From contig CAYZNK010000001.1 in NCBI GenBank assembly GCA_964479955.1, positions 13,073 through 77,072 on the forward strand: 64,000 nucleotides of DNA. Direction: 5' to 3'. The notes under the pieces are model-generated. The model saw only the letters and a list, made by a program, of their open reading frames with translations. It did no database searches and was not told where the DNA came from. The translations under genes were made by a program, and so were the position numbers. The DNA is from an uncultured Candidatus Saccharibacteria bacterium (GTDB taxonomy: Bacteria; Patescibacteriota; Minisyncoccia; Minisyncoccales; Staskawiczbacteraceae). Every line of letters starts with the position of its first letter. The first letter of the stretch is position 1. Shown here piece after piece: positions 18,224 through 28,469 of the stretch.

Positions 18224-18592
18224 ATGAAAAAAATATTGTTATTGGCATTTTTTTCAGTTTTAATGTTTTCGCCGGTTGTTATTTTTGCAGCAGGGCTTGT
18301 GCCATGCGGAAATCCGGGTGAACCAGCTTGCACAATAGGACACTTTTTTGTAATGCTTAGCAATATTTATGATTTCATTGTAAAATACTTAGCAACACCA
18401 TTAGCTGTAATAGCTTTAACAATAGGAGGAGTAATGATGCTGATTTCCGGAGGAAATCCTGGTTTGCAAAAAATGGGAAAAGATATTATATTTTCAGCAA
18501 TAATAGGCTTATGCCTTGCTTTTGGGTCCCTGCTTATAATAAAAACTTTATTGTCTGCAATGGGATTCGTATATATAGATACTCTTCAATAA
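18224..18592 (+). CDS. TrbC/VirB2-like T4SS pilin of the CPR type
   Basis: 122 aa. Signal/TM, then LVPCGNPGEPAC, then two hydrophobic helices separated by GGNPGLQKMGKD. The same architecture forms the N-terminal domains of the 50740-57729 genes. Confidence 0.65.
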   Translation: MKKILLLAFFSVLMFSPVVIFAAGLVPCGNPGEPACTIGHFFVMLSNIYDFIVKYLATPLAVIALTIGGVMMLISGGNPGLQKMGKDIIFSAIIGLCLAFGSLLIIKTLLSAMGFVYIDTLQ

Positions 18593-18631
18593 CAAAATGC
18601 CCAAAGTTGCAGTTCGGTATTCCTGTGTGAT

Positions 18632-19369
18632 ATGATTAGAGGTATGAAGAATTATAAAAAAATCAAACTAAAGGCTATTAAATTAAGAAAACAAGGATTA
18701 AGCTACGGCGATATAAAGAAACAAATAAATGTTTCAAAAAGCACATTAAGCTGTTGGCTTAAGGACATAGCTCTATCCAAGGAACAAAAAAAACGTCTTT
18801 ATACAAATAGTATTGCGATTTTAGCAAAAGGTTCGCAGTGCCAAAAAGAAAGACGCAAAAGAGAGATAGAAAAAATTTTACAAGAGGCGCAAAAAGAAAT
18901 ACCATTGCCTATCCCCTTTGAAACATTTCGATTTTTTGGAGCAGCACTATATTGGGCAGAAGGAAGTAAGGGAAAGTCATTTGAGATAACAAATTCAGAC
19001 CCAATTTTAATTGTTTTTATAATCAAGTGGTTTAAGGATGTTTTTAATGTTTCGTCCGATAGATTAGACGCAAGACTAAACATTTATCCCCAACAAAATG
19101 ATTTAGAAATCAAAAAATTTTGGTCAGATTTGACTGGCATACCACTGGATAATTTTGGGAAAAGCTTTGTAAAACCCTTGAATAAAAATTACAAAAAAAA
19201 TAATCTTTATTATGGGACAATAAAAATAAGAGTAAAAAAGGGGCTAGATATGAAATATCAACTCTACGGTTGGATAAAAGTAATGTTGAAAGACTTTAAT
19301 GAACGGATAGAACTTACAGAGAAAAGATGGATGCACTTGAAAGAATCTTCGCGTGCAGTAAATATCTAA
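18632..19369 (+). CDS. HTH protein with LAGLIDADG-like homing-endonuclease-type domain
   Basis: N-terminal HTH (RKQGLSYGDIKKQINVSKSTLSCWLKD). The internal FFGAALYWAEGSKGKSFEITNSD resembles LAGLIDADG-type motifs. Confidence 0.4.
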   Translation: MIRGMKNYKKIKLKAIKLRKQGLSYGDIKKQINVSKSTLSCWLKDIALSKEQKKRLYTNSIAILAKGSQCQKERRKREIEKILQEAQKEIPLPIPFETFRFFGAALYWAEGSKGKSFEITNSDPILIVFIIKWFKDVFNVSSDRLDARLNIYPQQNDLEIKKFWSDLTGIPLDNFGKSFVKPLNKNYKKNNLYYGTIKIRVKKGLDMKYQLYGWIKVMLKDFNERIELTEKRWMHLKESSRAVNI

Positions 19370-19378
19370 ATTAAGTAA

Positions 19379-19450
19379 GCCCTGCTAGCTTAATGGTAAA
19401 GCTACCGGCTCTTAACCGGCAGATTACAGGTTCGACTCCTGTGCGGGGCA
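19379..19450 (+). tRNA. tRNA-Lys (anticodon CUU)
   Basis: Acceptor gccctgc/gcggggc (one G.U), anticodon loop ctCTTaa, T-arm CAGGTTCGACTCCTG. Confidence 0.75.
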
Positions 19451-19526
19451 CAATTTACTTTACAAAAAAACAAAAATAGAGTATACTAAACAATACTAAT
19501 TAATTGATAATTAAAAAATTACCGCA

Positions 19527-19796
19527 ATGGCTTTAACAAACAAAGAAACAGCAAAAATAATAAAAGAATTAGCTATAAACGAAAAGGACACCGGGTCTGC
19601 GGATGTTCAAGTTGGCTTGCTTTCAAAGGAAATAGACAAACTTGTTTTACATCTAAAAAAACACCCCCAGGATTTTCACTCAAGAAGAGGATTGATAAAG
19701 ATGATTGTAAAAAGAAAAAAACTTTTGGCTTACTTAAAAAAAGTTTCCGAAAAAAAATATTCTGATTTAATAAAAAAAATCGGACTAAAAAAGTAA
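19527..19796 (+). CDS. rpsO: 30S ribosomal protein S15
   Basis: 89 aa with GSADVQVGLLSKEIDKLVLHLKKHPQDFHSRRGLIKMIVKRKKLLAYL. Confidence 0.93.
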   Translation: MALTNKETAKIIKELAINEKDTGSADVQVGLLSKEIDKLVLHLKKHPQDFHSRRGLIKMIVKRKKLLAYLKKVSEKKYSDLIKKIGLKK

Positions 19797-20309
19797 GTGA
19801 ACAAAATGCAGCCAAAACCAAAAGAACAAAGAGTAGAAGTTTTAATTGACGTTCAAAATTTATACCATTCGGCAAAAAACCTTTACCACACAAGGGTTAA
19901 TTTTCAGGAAGTTTTAAAGCAAGCCGTTTCGGGCAGAAAATTCATCCGCGCTTTTGGTTATGTGGTCAGAACAAAAACTGGCGAAGAAACGCCATTTTTT
20001 GATGCTTTATCAAAAATTGGAATTGAAACAAGGGTAAGAGATTTGCAGGAATGGTATGGAGGGGCAAAAAAAGCAGATTGGGATGTGGGTATTGTAATTG
20101 ACGCAATAAGAACTTCTCCCGGGTTGGATGTTATAGTTTTGGTTTCCGGAGATGGCGACTTTATAGCTTTGGTTGAATATTTAAAAAACCAGGGAAAGCG
20201 TGTTGAGGTAATGGCATTTGGAAAAACTACTTCTTTGAAATTAAAAGAAGTTGCTGATGAATTTATAGATATGGATGAAAATTTATCAAAATTTTTGTTA
20301 AAAAAATAA
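19797..20309 (+). CDS. NYN domain (LabA/DUF88-like) protein
   Basis: VEVLIDVQNLYHSAK ... VLVSGDGDFIALVEYLKNQGKRVEVMAF. Start is GTG at 19797 or ATG at 19806. Confidence 0.75.
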   Translation: MNKMQPKPKEQRVEVLIDVQNLYHSAKNLYHTRVNFQEVLKQAVSGRKFIRAFGYVVRTKTGEETPFFDALSKIGIETRVRDLQEWYGGAKKADWDVGIVIDAIRTSPGLDVIVLVSGDGDFIALVEYLKNQGKRVEVMAFGKTTSLKLKEVADEFIDMDENLSKFLLKK

Positions 20310-20405
20310 ACTGCGGAGAAAAAAATTGTGGCTGTGCGAAAGTGTTTTAGGGTTCTAAAACTTTTTGGCATATCCACATTCATTTGAACTCTGCAGTAAG
20401 GAATA

Positions 20406-22538
20406 ATGATAAAAGACAAATTTGAGATAGAGGTTGATGATAAAAAAATTATCGTCAAAACAACAGACTGGGCCGAGCAAGCGTCCGGTTCATGTTTGGT
20501 TCAATGCGGGGAAACCGAAGTTATGGTTAACGCAACAATGTCCCCAAATGTCAGGGATGATATAGATTTTTTCCCGCTTACTGTTGAATACGAGGAAAAA
20601 TTTTATGCAGCCGGCAAAATTTTTGGCTCCCGTTTTATAAGAAGGGAAAGCAGGCCAACCGACGAAGCAATCTTAACCTCCAGAATGATAGACAGGGCAA
20701 TAAGGCCTTTGTTTCCAAAAGACTTTAAAAGAGAAGTCCAAGTTATTGTCACCTGCCTTTCATGGGACGGCGAAAACGACCCTGATATTTTAGGAATGAT
20801 TGGGGCGTCTTTTGCGTTGTCAATTTCAAATATTCCATGGCAGGGACCGTTGGGGGCCTTAAGGATAGGCAGGACTGGTGGAAAATTGATTTTTAATCCA
20901 ACATACGAACAAAGAAAATCAAGCGACATGGATTTAACTCTTTCTGCAATCCAAAAAGAGAAAGATGTTTTAATAAATATGATTGAAATGGGAGCCAAAG
21001 AAATTTCAGAAAAAGATGTTTTGGAGGCTTATGAAGAATCGAAAAAAGAGTTAGAAAAAATAATTGAATTTCAGACTAAGGCAATAAAAAAAATTGGTAA
21101 AAAGAAAGACGACTTTATGCCTGCAGTCCAACAGGAAGTTGAAAACGAAATTAAGGAATGGCTTGGAGACAAGCTGGAAAAAGCAATTGACAACGCCCCA
21201 AAAGGAGAAAAGAATCTTGGAGAAACAGAAATCTTAAAACAAGAGCTTATAAAACATCTGGCAGAAAAATATCCAAACCAGGGTAAAGAGAAACAAGTGC
21301 TGGCTTTTTTTGAAAACGAAATTGAAAGGATAATCATTAAAAATATAATTGAAAAAGACAAAAGGCCTGATGGCAGAAAGCCGGAAGAAATCAGGCATTT
21401 GGCCTGCGAAGCCGGAGTTTTGCCAAGAACTCACGGGTCTGGAATATTTTACAGAGGTCTTACAAGAGTGCTTTCAATTTTAACACTAGGAGGGCCTGCA
21501 GACCAGCAACTGCTGGAAGGCATGGAAATTGTTGGCAAAAAAAGATTTTTGCACCACTATAATTTCCCTCCTTTTTCTTCCGGAGAAACAGCTCCTATGA
21601 GAGGCCCAAAAAGAAGAGAAATTGGACATGGAAATTTGGCTGAAAAAGCATTGCTTCCTGTAATCCCGGAGCCTGAGAACTTTCCGTATACAATAAGAAT
21701 CGTTTCAGAAGTTGTTTGTTCAAACGGATCAACATCCCAGGCTTCTGTGTGCGCAGCCTGCGTTGCCTTAATGGATGCTGGTGTTCCTATTAAAGAGCCT
21801 GTTGCAGGAATTTCAATTGGTTTGGCAAAAGACGAACAAACAGGAAAATATAAAGTTTTAACAGACATCCAGGGCCCCGAAGACCATTACGGAGATATGG
21901 ACTTTAAGGTGGCTGGCACAAAAAATGGAATTACTGCAATACAAATGGACATTAAGATTGACGGCATTGACAAAAAAATAATGGAGGAAGCTTTAACAAA
22001 AGCAAAAGATGCAAGATTTAAAATTCTTGATATAATAAAGAAAGAAATACAGGAACCAAGAAAATCCCTGTCTCCTTTTGCGCCAAAAATAATTTCATTT
22101 ACAATAAATCCTTCAAAAATAGGAGAGGTTGTTGGTCCAAAGGGAAGCATGATAAATAAAATAATTGATGAGTGCGGAGGAGTTGCAATAGATATCGAAG
22201 ATACGGGTCTAGTTTCCATTACGGGGCAAAACCAGGAAGATGTTGATAAGGCTGCAAACTGGGTAAAAAGCATTGTAAAAGAAGTTGCTGTAGGAGAAAC
22301 ATTTACGGGGACTGTCAGAAAAATCATGGAATTTGGGGCATTCGTTGACATTTTGCCGGGACAATCAGGGCTTGTTCATATCTCCAAGTTTATAAAAGAA
22401 AGATTAGACAGAGTTTCAGATGTGGTAAAAGAGGGAGATAAAATTCCGGTCAAGGTCATTGGCATTGACGAACAAGGAAGAATAAACTTGTCTGCAATTG
22501 ACGCGGGATTCAAGCCAAAACCAAAAAATAAGTTTTAA
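20406..22538 (+). CDS. pnp: polyribonucleotide nucleotidyltransferase (PNPase)
   Basis: 710 aa with two RNase PH domains, KH (VVGPKGSMINKIIDECG) and S1 (GETFTGTVRKIMEFGAFVDILPGQSGLVHIS). Follows rpsO. Confidence 0.93.
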   Translation: MIKDKFEIEVDDKKIIVKTTDWAEQASGSCLVQCGETEVMVNATMSPNVRDDIDFFPLTVEYEEKFYAAGKIFGSRFIRRESRPTDEAILTSRMIDRAIRPLFPKDFKREVQVIVTCLSWDGENDPDILGMIGASFALSISNIPWQGPLGALRIGRTGGKLIFNPTYEQRKSSDMDLTLSAIQKEKDVLINMIEMGAKEISEKDVLEAYEESKKELEKIIEFQTKAIKKIGKKKDDFMPAVQQEVENEIKEWLGDKLEKAIDNAPKGEKNLGETEILKQELIKHLAEKYPNQGKEKQVLAFFENEIERIIIKNIIEKDKRPDGRKPEEIRHLACEAGVLPRTHGSGIFYRGLTRVLSILTLGGPADQQLLEGMEIVGKKRFLHHYNFPPFSSGETAPMRGPKRREIGHGNLAEKALLPVIPEPENFPYTIRIVSEVVCSNGSTSQASVCAACVALMDAGVPIKEPVAGISIGLAKDEQTGKYKVLTDIQGPEDHYGDMDFKVAGTKNGITAIQMDIKIDGIDKKIMEEALTKAKDARFKILDIIKKEIQEPRKSLSPFAPKIISFTINPSKIGEVVGPKGSMINKIIDECGGVAIDIEDTGLVSITGQNQEDVDKAANWVKSIVKEVAVGETFTGTVRKIMEFGAFVDILPGQSGLVHISKFIKERLDRVSDVVKEGDKIPVKVIGIDEQGRINLSAIDAGFKPKPKNKF

Positions 22539-22570
22539 ATTGAAAATCAGTAATTAGAAATTCGTTTAAT

Positions 22571-23635
22571 ATGTCAACGCAAGTTGAAGAACAACAAGTA
22601 AGGGAATTTTTAAAAAGAGCCCAAGTAAGGACAATGAAAAAGGACCTCCAGGCCCTTCGTGAAATTGATGCATTAACAGAAAGGGATAAAATTGCCAAAA
22701 TAAAAACATTGGAAGAGCAGAGGCAGGAACAGGAGAAAAAACTGAAGATAGCAGAAAAAGAGCGAACTGAATTAGAGAAAGCAAAAAGAGATAAGGTCCT
22801 TTCAGAAAATGCCGCCCAGGAAGAGATGGCAGAAAAAGACCTAAGGCAGTATGCAACAGAAGAAGAACTTCAAAAAATTTTTCTTTTTGAATCCCAAAAA
22901 ATTTCGCTTGAAAAAAAGATTGAGGAAGTCATCAAAAGAGAAAGCACTGATTTCAGAAACGAAAAAAATAAAATATTGGGGCAAAAGGGAAACTTGCAAA
23001 GAAAACTTGATGAAATCATAGAAAAAGAGAAAAAACTGGAGGAAGAAGGAAAATTCATATCCCAAAAGTCTCAGGTAAGCAGCATACCTTCACAAAAAAA
23101 AGGGTTAGAGCAAAGAGAATTGGATATTGAAAAAGAAATCCAAGAAATTGAGAAGAAAAGATGGGCAGTTGAAAAAGAAATCCAAGATGTTGAAAACCAC
23201 ATAAGAGAAATTGACAAATCTTCTGAAGCTTCGATTTCTGAAAAGAATGATTTGAATGAAAAAATACTGGACATAAACAAATCCTTGCGCGAAATATATT
23301 TTGGAATAATTGAAAAAGCTGAAGGTCAGAAAAAACAGAAAACAGAAGAGTTGATGGCCTCAAGAGAAAAAGCAGCCGAGACAAGGTCTTTTGAAAAAGA
23401 AAAAGTCAGAAGACAGCAATGGGGAATGTCCTCTAAAGCAGAAAAATTTTACAATGAAGTTCCACGCCCCAACAGACTTAAAGTTCCTGTCAAAAAAATG
23501 CCTGCAAAAAAAATATTTGATATAGAAGCAGAAGAAAGCAAGAGAAAGCAATTTATGCAGGATGTTGAAAAATGGGCAGAAGACATTGAAAAGCTGGATA
23601 AAAAGCAGGGCATTGATATACAGCAAAAACAATAA
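22571..23635 (+). CDS. K/E-rich coiled-coil protein, unknown function
   Basis: 354-aa ORF of low complexity. The antisense ORFs are S/F-rich shadows. Confidence 0.55.
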   Translation: MSTQVEEQQVREFLKRAQVRTMKKDLQALREIDALTERDKIAKIKTLEEQRQEQEKKLKIAEKERTELEKAKRDKVLSENAAQEEMAEKDLRQYATEEELQKIFLFESQKISLEKKIEEVIKRESTDFRNEKNKILGQKGNLQRKLDEIIEKEKKLEEEGKFISQKSQVSSIPSQKKGLEQRELDIEKEIQEIEKKRWAVEKEIQDVENHIREIDKSSEASISEKNDLNEKILDINKSLREIYFGIIEKAEGQKKQKTEELMASREKAAETRSFEKEKVRRQQWGMSSKAEKFYNEVPRPNRLKVPVKKMPAKKIFDIEAEESKRKQFMQDVEKWAEDIEKLDKKQGIDIQQKQ

Positions 23636-23702
23636 TAAAGATACCAATAATACTGATTTTCATGCCAAAGGCATACTATTTGTAGATTAGTATCAGCATC
23701 AA

Positions 23703-24059
23703 ATGGATAAAAAAATAATTGAAGAGTTGAAAATAAAACTTGAAGAAAACAAAAAATCCCTTGAGGGAGAATTAGAAAAGTTTGCAAAAAAAGATGATTC
23801 ACCTAAAGGAGATTGGGAAACAAAATATCCAAACAGAGAAAACGGCACAATGGAAGAAGAGGCAGACGAAGTTCAGGAATACGGAAATTTGTTGCCCGTT
23901 GAACACAGCCTTGAAACAAAATTAAAAGATGTTAACTCTGCCCTGGAAAAAATAAAAAACGGAGGTTATGGAATTTGCGAAAACTGCGGCAAGGAAATTG
24001 ACGAACAAAGGCTTATGGCTTGCCCAGAAGCAAAAACTTGTTTAAAATGCAGCAAATGA
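23703..24059 (+). CDS. DksA/TraR family C4-type zinc-finger protein
   Basis: C-terminal GICENCGKEIDEQRLMACPEAKTCLKC, preceded by a helical region. Confidence 0.8.
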   Translation: MDKKIIEELKIKLEENKKSLEGELEKFAKKDDSPKGDWETKYPNRENGTMEEEADEVQEYGNLLPVEHSLETKLKDVNSALEKIKNGGYGICENCGKEIDEQRLMACPEAKTCLKCSK

Positions 24060-24070
24060 TAAAACTATAA

Positions 24071-24104
24071 ACAAAGACCGAGATAATCTCGGTCTTTGTT
24101 TTTC
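24071..24104 (+). terminator. rho-independent terminator after the DksA-like gene
   Basis: Perfect 12-bp stem acaaagaccgag/ctcggtctttgt, 5-nt loop, then TTTTT. Confidence 0.8.
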
Positions 24105-24192
24105 TTATGATATAATAAAATAATTTAAAATGTTAAAATCAAAATTTCCTTGTTGCTAAAAATTAGAAATTAAAACTTTAAAATTAGTAAAT

Positions 24193-25713
24193 ATGCCAAG
24201 CAAAGTTTTTTCAGGGTCAATTGAAGGACTGGAAGCCAAACCTGTTGAAATTGAAGTTGACGTGTCGCAGGGACTGCGGTCTTTTTCAATTGTGGGCCTT
24301 CCTGACAAAGCTATTAAAGAGTCCGAAGAGCGTATTGATTCTGCAATTAAAAACTCAAAGTTATCATCTCCTCACTCAAGAAATTTTAAAGTTTTGGTAA
24401 ATCTGGCCCCCGCTGACCTAAAAAAAGAAGGGTCAATTTATGACCTTCCAATTGCTTTGGCTTTTTTAATTGCTTCAAAGCAAACAAATTTTAATCCAAC
24501 AGACAAATTATTTTTAGGAGAACTCTCCTTGCAGGGAGAATTAAGACCAATAAAGGGGGCTTTGTCTTTTTCTCTGCTTGCCAAAAAATTAGGGTGCAAA
24601 GAAATTATTCTGCCAAAACAAAACGCAAAAGAAGCCTCTCTGATAGAAGGGTTAAACATTATTGGAATGAATTCTTTGGCAGAAACCTTGCAATATTTGG
24701 AAAATCGAAAAAGCGTTTTGCCCGAAGTTTTTGATATAAAAAACAATATTTTTGAAAGTGAAAACCAGGTTGATATTGGATGGGTAAAAGGCCAGGAGTA
24801 CGCCAAAAGGGCGCTGGAAATTACAGCCGCAGGCTCACACAATTTGTTTATGTTCGGCCCTCCGGGAGGAGGAAAAAGCTTGCTTGCAAAGGCACTGCCC
24901 TCAATATTGCCAAAGCTGAATTTTGCAGAATCGCTGGAAGTAACAAAAATTTACAGCGTTGCAGGACTTTTGCCAGAAAATAAAACTCTGATAACCGCCC
25001 GTCCTTTCAGGTCTCCGCATCACGTCTCATCCAGTGTTGCCTTGATTGGAGGAGGAAATCCAATAAAGCCGGGAGAAATAACTTTAGCGCACAGAGGAGT
25101 TTTATTTTTGGATGAGTTTCCGGAATTTCATAAAGATGTTTTAGAATCGCTAAGACAACCCATAGAAGACGGGGTTGTCACTGTTTCAAGGTCAAAAAAC
25201 ACTTTTACATATCCTTCCAGATTTATGCTGATTTCTGCATCAAACCCGTGTCCGTGCGGATATTATAACAACCCAGACAAGCCATGCTCATGTTCTCCCT
25301 CCCAGGTTGCAATGTATAGAAGAAAGCTTTCTGGGCCATTGATGGACAGAATTGATTTATTTATTGAAGTTCCTGCCGTGAAATATGAAAAGCTGGCAGG
25401 GTCAGAATCTAACAGCCAAAGCTCACTTGTCAGGGAAAAAATTGAAAAAGCAAGAGATATACAAAGAGTAAGATTTTCAAACAGCAATATTTTAACCAAC
25501 TCTGAAATGAATATACCTGAAATCAAAAAATATTGCGATTGTGATTTGCAGTCGCAAAATCTTTTGAAAAAATACGTTGACTCCGGGAAATTATCTGCCA
25601 GAGGATATCACAGAATCTTGAAAGTTTCCAGAACAATAGCGGATTTAGATAATTCCGACCAAATAAAATACGGGCATATAGCAGAAGCTTTAATGTATAG
25701 GATTAAAGAATAA
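24193..25713 (+). CDS. YifB/ComM family Mg-chelatase-like AAA+ ATPase
   Basis: 506 aa with an N-terminal Lon-like domain, Walker A GPPGGGKS and Walker B VLFLDEFPEF. Confidence 0.9.
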   Translation: MPSKVFSGSIEGLEAKPVEIEVDVSQGLRSFSIVGLPDKAIKESEERIDSAIKNSKLSSPHSRNFKVLVNLAPADLKKEGSIYDLPIALAFLIASKQTNFNPTDKLFLGELSLQGELRPIKGALSFSLLAKKLGCKEIILPKQNAKEASLIEGLNIIGMNSLAETLQYLENRKSVLPEVFDIKNNIFESENQVDIGWVKGQEYAKRALEITAAGSHNLFMFGPPGGGKSLLAKALPSILPKLNFAESLEVTKIYSVAGLLPENKTLITARPFRSPHHVSSSVALIGGGNPIKPGEITLAHRGVLFLDEFPEFHKDVLESLRQPIEDGVVTVSRSKNTFTYPSRFMLISASNPCPCGYYNNPDKPCSCSPSQVAMYRRKLSGPLMDRIDLFIEVPAVKYEKLAGSESNSQSSLVREKIEKARDIQRVRFSNSNILTNSEMNIPEIKKYCDCDLQSQNLLKKYVDSGKLSARGYHRILKVSRTIADLDNSDQIKYGHIAEALMYRIKE

Positions 25714-25858
25714 CAAAAAGCCTCAATTTCCGGGTTTTTGAAGGGGGATAAGTTCTGCATAAAAATATTGACCTAAATCCTTGAAAATGGTATTTTAGAA
25801 TAATTCGTTTATTATTTAAAATACTGCTATTTTTAAGATAACCGACAAATTTTCAATA

Positions 25859-27070
25859 TTGAAAAAAAGGGGGTTAGCCATCCTTAAAAAAGTAAAAGAA
25901 ATCTCCAAATTAAAAAGATTGCCAAGCAATCTCTTGTTTTTGTTTGATAAAAATAACGCTAAGACGGCCAAATTTTTCCACGGAATAAAAATATATTTTA
26001 GACGCAAGCCAGTTTTTAAAAATAGCGTTTTTTACTTTGCATCAATCTCGTTGCTGCTGTTTTCAATGATTTGCTCTTCCTGCCAAACTTTTGCTGATTT
26101 TAACGGCTCAGACAAGTGCCATATTGTATTCTTTAATTCTTTTGATAACGACGGCCTGCAAAACAATAAAGACTGCCTATTTTTAAGCCAAAGCCAAGCC
26201 GGACAGCTTGAAACTCCTGACTTAAAAATAATCCAAAATAATACCTTAGGCGGAGTTTCCACGCCATACATAGTATCAACAAAAGTTTTGGGTAGCGTTT
26301 TCGGAGGAAATTCTTCAAAAAACAAAACAATAACCGAATACAGTGTTCAAGCCGGAGATACATTGGATTCAATAGCCTCTTCATACGGAATATCTCCAAA
26401 CACTTTGCTCTGGGCAAACGACTTAACAAGCTCTTCAAAAATAAAAGTTGGCCAGGGACTGGTTATTCTGCCAACAGACGGAGTTTTGCATATTGTAAAA
26501 TCTGGAGACACAATAATTGACATTGCCAAAAAATATTCTGCTTTAGAGGAAGACATTATTTCCTTTAACGAACTTGCAGGCCAAGAAGATATCTATATCG
26601 GAGATATTTTGATTGTTCCAAACGGAGTAATGCCCAAAAAATCAACATCAACAATAAATGTTCAGGTTCCTTTGGCTGACAACTTCTTTATATATCCTAC
26701 AACCGGAGTTATCTCTCAGGGGCTTCACTTCTACAATGCAATTGACGTTGCAAACAAATGCGGAACTCCAGTATATGCGGCTGCATCAGGAACGGTCCAA
26801 AGGGTCAGATACGGATATAACTCGGGAGGAGGAAATCATGTAACAATATTGCACTCAGGCGGGATAGTAACTTATTACGGGCATTTAATGACAATATTTG
26901 TAAAATCTGGAGACAGGGTAAATGTTGGCGACAGGATTGCATTGATGGGCGGAGGAACCGGAACAATAGGGGATGGAATTTCAACCGGATGTCACTTGCA
27001 TTTTGGAGTTACAGGAGCAAGAAATCCCTTATTGAAATATTCAGTTGGCAGCAGTATTAAATTGAAATAA
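25859..27070 (+). CDS. LysM-repeat M23 family metallopeptidase (cell-wall hydrolase)
   Basis: Two LysM repeats (YSVQAGDTLDSIASSYGISPNTLLWAN; HIVKSGDTIIDIAKKY) and M23 motifs (GTPVYAAASGTV, HLHFGV). The start codon is uncertain (non-ATG in the track). Confidence 0.85.
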   Translation: MKKRGLAILKKVKEISKLKRLPSNLLFLFDKNNAKTAKFFHGIKIYFRRKPVFKNSVFYFASISLLLFSMICSSCQTFADFNGSDKCHIVFFNSFDNDGLQNNKDCLFLSQSQAGQLETPDLKIIQNNTLGGVSTPYIVSTKVLGSVFGGNSSKNKTITEYSVQAGDTLDSIASSYGISPNTLLWANDLTSSSKIKVGQGLVILPTDGVLHIVKSGDTIIDIAKKYSALEEDIISFNELAGQEDIYIGDILIVPNGVMPKKSTSTINVQVPLADNFFIYPTTGVISQGLHFYNAIDVANKCGTPVYAAASGTVQRVRYGYNSGGGNHVTILHSGGIVTYYGHLMTIFVKSGDRVNVGDRIALMGGGTGTIGDGISTGCHLHFGVTGARNPLLKYSVGSSIKLK

Positions 27071-27101
27071 ACTAAAACAAAAAACAGCGCTTGGCTGTTT
27101 T

Positions 27102-27956
27102 TTGTTAATTAAAATGGCTGAAAATATAAAAAACACTTTAAAAGATTTTGGCGCAAAACCCAAAAAATATCTTGGGCAAAATTTTTTAACAGACAAAAAT
27201 ATCTTAAACAAAATAATTGAATCTGCAGACATAAACTCAAAAGACACTATTTTAGAAATTGGGCCCGGAACAGGGATTTTAACAAAGGAATTGGCAAAAA
27301 GGGCCAGAAAAATATTTGCTGTTGAAAAAGACACATCAATGTGCAAAATTTTAAAAGAAGAACTAAAAGATTTCAAAAACACAGAAATAATAAATGCTGA
27401 CATTCTAAAATCCCAAATCCCAATGCATAACGCCCAATCAAACCCAAAATCTCAAAACTATAAAATTATAGCAAACATTCCTTATTATTTAACTTCAGCT
27501 GTAATAAGAAAATTTTTAGAAACAGAAAATCAGCCCGCAGAATTAATTTTGATGATTCAAAAGGAAGTGGCAAAAAGAATTTGCGAAACCCCGCCAAAGA
27601 TGAGCCTGCTTGCTGTTTCTGTGCAGTTTTACGCGGATACAAAAATTCTTTTTAATGTTTCAAAAAACAGTTTTTGGCCGGTTCCAAAAGTTGACTCTGC
27701 CGTCATAAAAATAACTCCTCATAAAACAAAATACAATCCGGAATTTATAAAAACATTTTTTAGAATTGTGAAAGCCGGGTTTTCCCAACCCAGAAAACAA
27801 ATTTCAGGAAACCTTTCAAAGATATTAAAAATAAAAAAAGAAAAAATAAACAGCCTGCTTTCAGAAAACAACATAAATCCAACCCAAAGAGCAGAAACTT
27901 TATCCATTGCCAACTGGAAATCTTTGACTAATTCAATGCAAAATTATATAAAATAA
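27102..27956 (+). CDS. rsmA: 16S rRNA (adenine1518/1519-N6)-dimethyltransferase
   Basis: KKYLGQNFLTDKNILNKII..ILEIGPGTGILT SAM motif. The start may be the Met at 27114. Confidence 0.9.
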   Translation: MLIKMAENIKNTLKDFGAKPKKYLGQNFLTDKNILNKIIESADINSKDTILEIGPGTGILTKELAKRARKIFAVEKDTSMCKILKEELKDFKNTEIINADILKSQIPMHNAQSNPKSQNYKIIANIPYYLTSAVIRKFLETENQPAELILMIQKEVAKRICETPPKMSLLAVSVQFYADTKILFNVSKNSFWPVPKVDSAVIKITPHKTKYNPEFIKTFFRIVKAGFSQPRKQISGNLSKILKIKKEKINSLLSENNINPTQRAETLSIANWKSLTNSMQNYIK

Positions 27957-27980
27957 TAATTTAATTAAATATTAAAAACT

Positions 27981-28286
27981 ATGGAATTTAAAGAATTGCA
28001 GGAAAAAATGTTGAAAACCGCAGACGCATATGGAAAAGAATATAATGTAAATATTAATGAGGATTTTGCCTTACTAAAACTATATGAAGAAGTTGGAGAA
28101 TTTGCTCAGGCTGTCTTGATACACAGGAAACAAAGCAGGCCTGAAAGATTTTTATCTGAAGAAGAATCAAAAAAGGAGCTAGGAAAAGAATTGGCCGATG
28201 TTATCGGCATGACAGTTTTAAATGCCCATCTTCTAAATATCGACTTAGAAGATGCAACAATTAAAAAATGGATAAACAGAAAATAA
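27981..28286 (+). CDS. MazG-like nucleotide pyrophosphohydrolase
   Basis: 101 aa with LYEEVGEFAQAV and LGKELADVIGMTVLNAHLLNIDLE, the EExxE/ExxD helices typical of the MazG fold. Confidence 0.7.
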   Translation: MEFKELQEKMLKTADAYGKEYNVNINEDFALLKLYEEVGEFAQAVLIHRKQSRPERFLSEEESKKELGKELADVIGMTVLNAHLLNIDLEDATIKKWINRK

Positions 28287-28469
28287 ATAGATATTTTTGA
28301 AGAAGTTAAAAGCTGGGGAGAATATAAATATAGAGAGGAGCCATATTTAAAGTTGCCTCAAAGTGACGCTGGTTTTCTTTATAAAAACAAAGCGGCAAAA
28401 AACATTTATGAAGAATTTATCCGAAAGCGCGAGAAGTCTTTGGATATTAAAATTTAACTAGCTAAGCTA

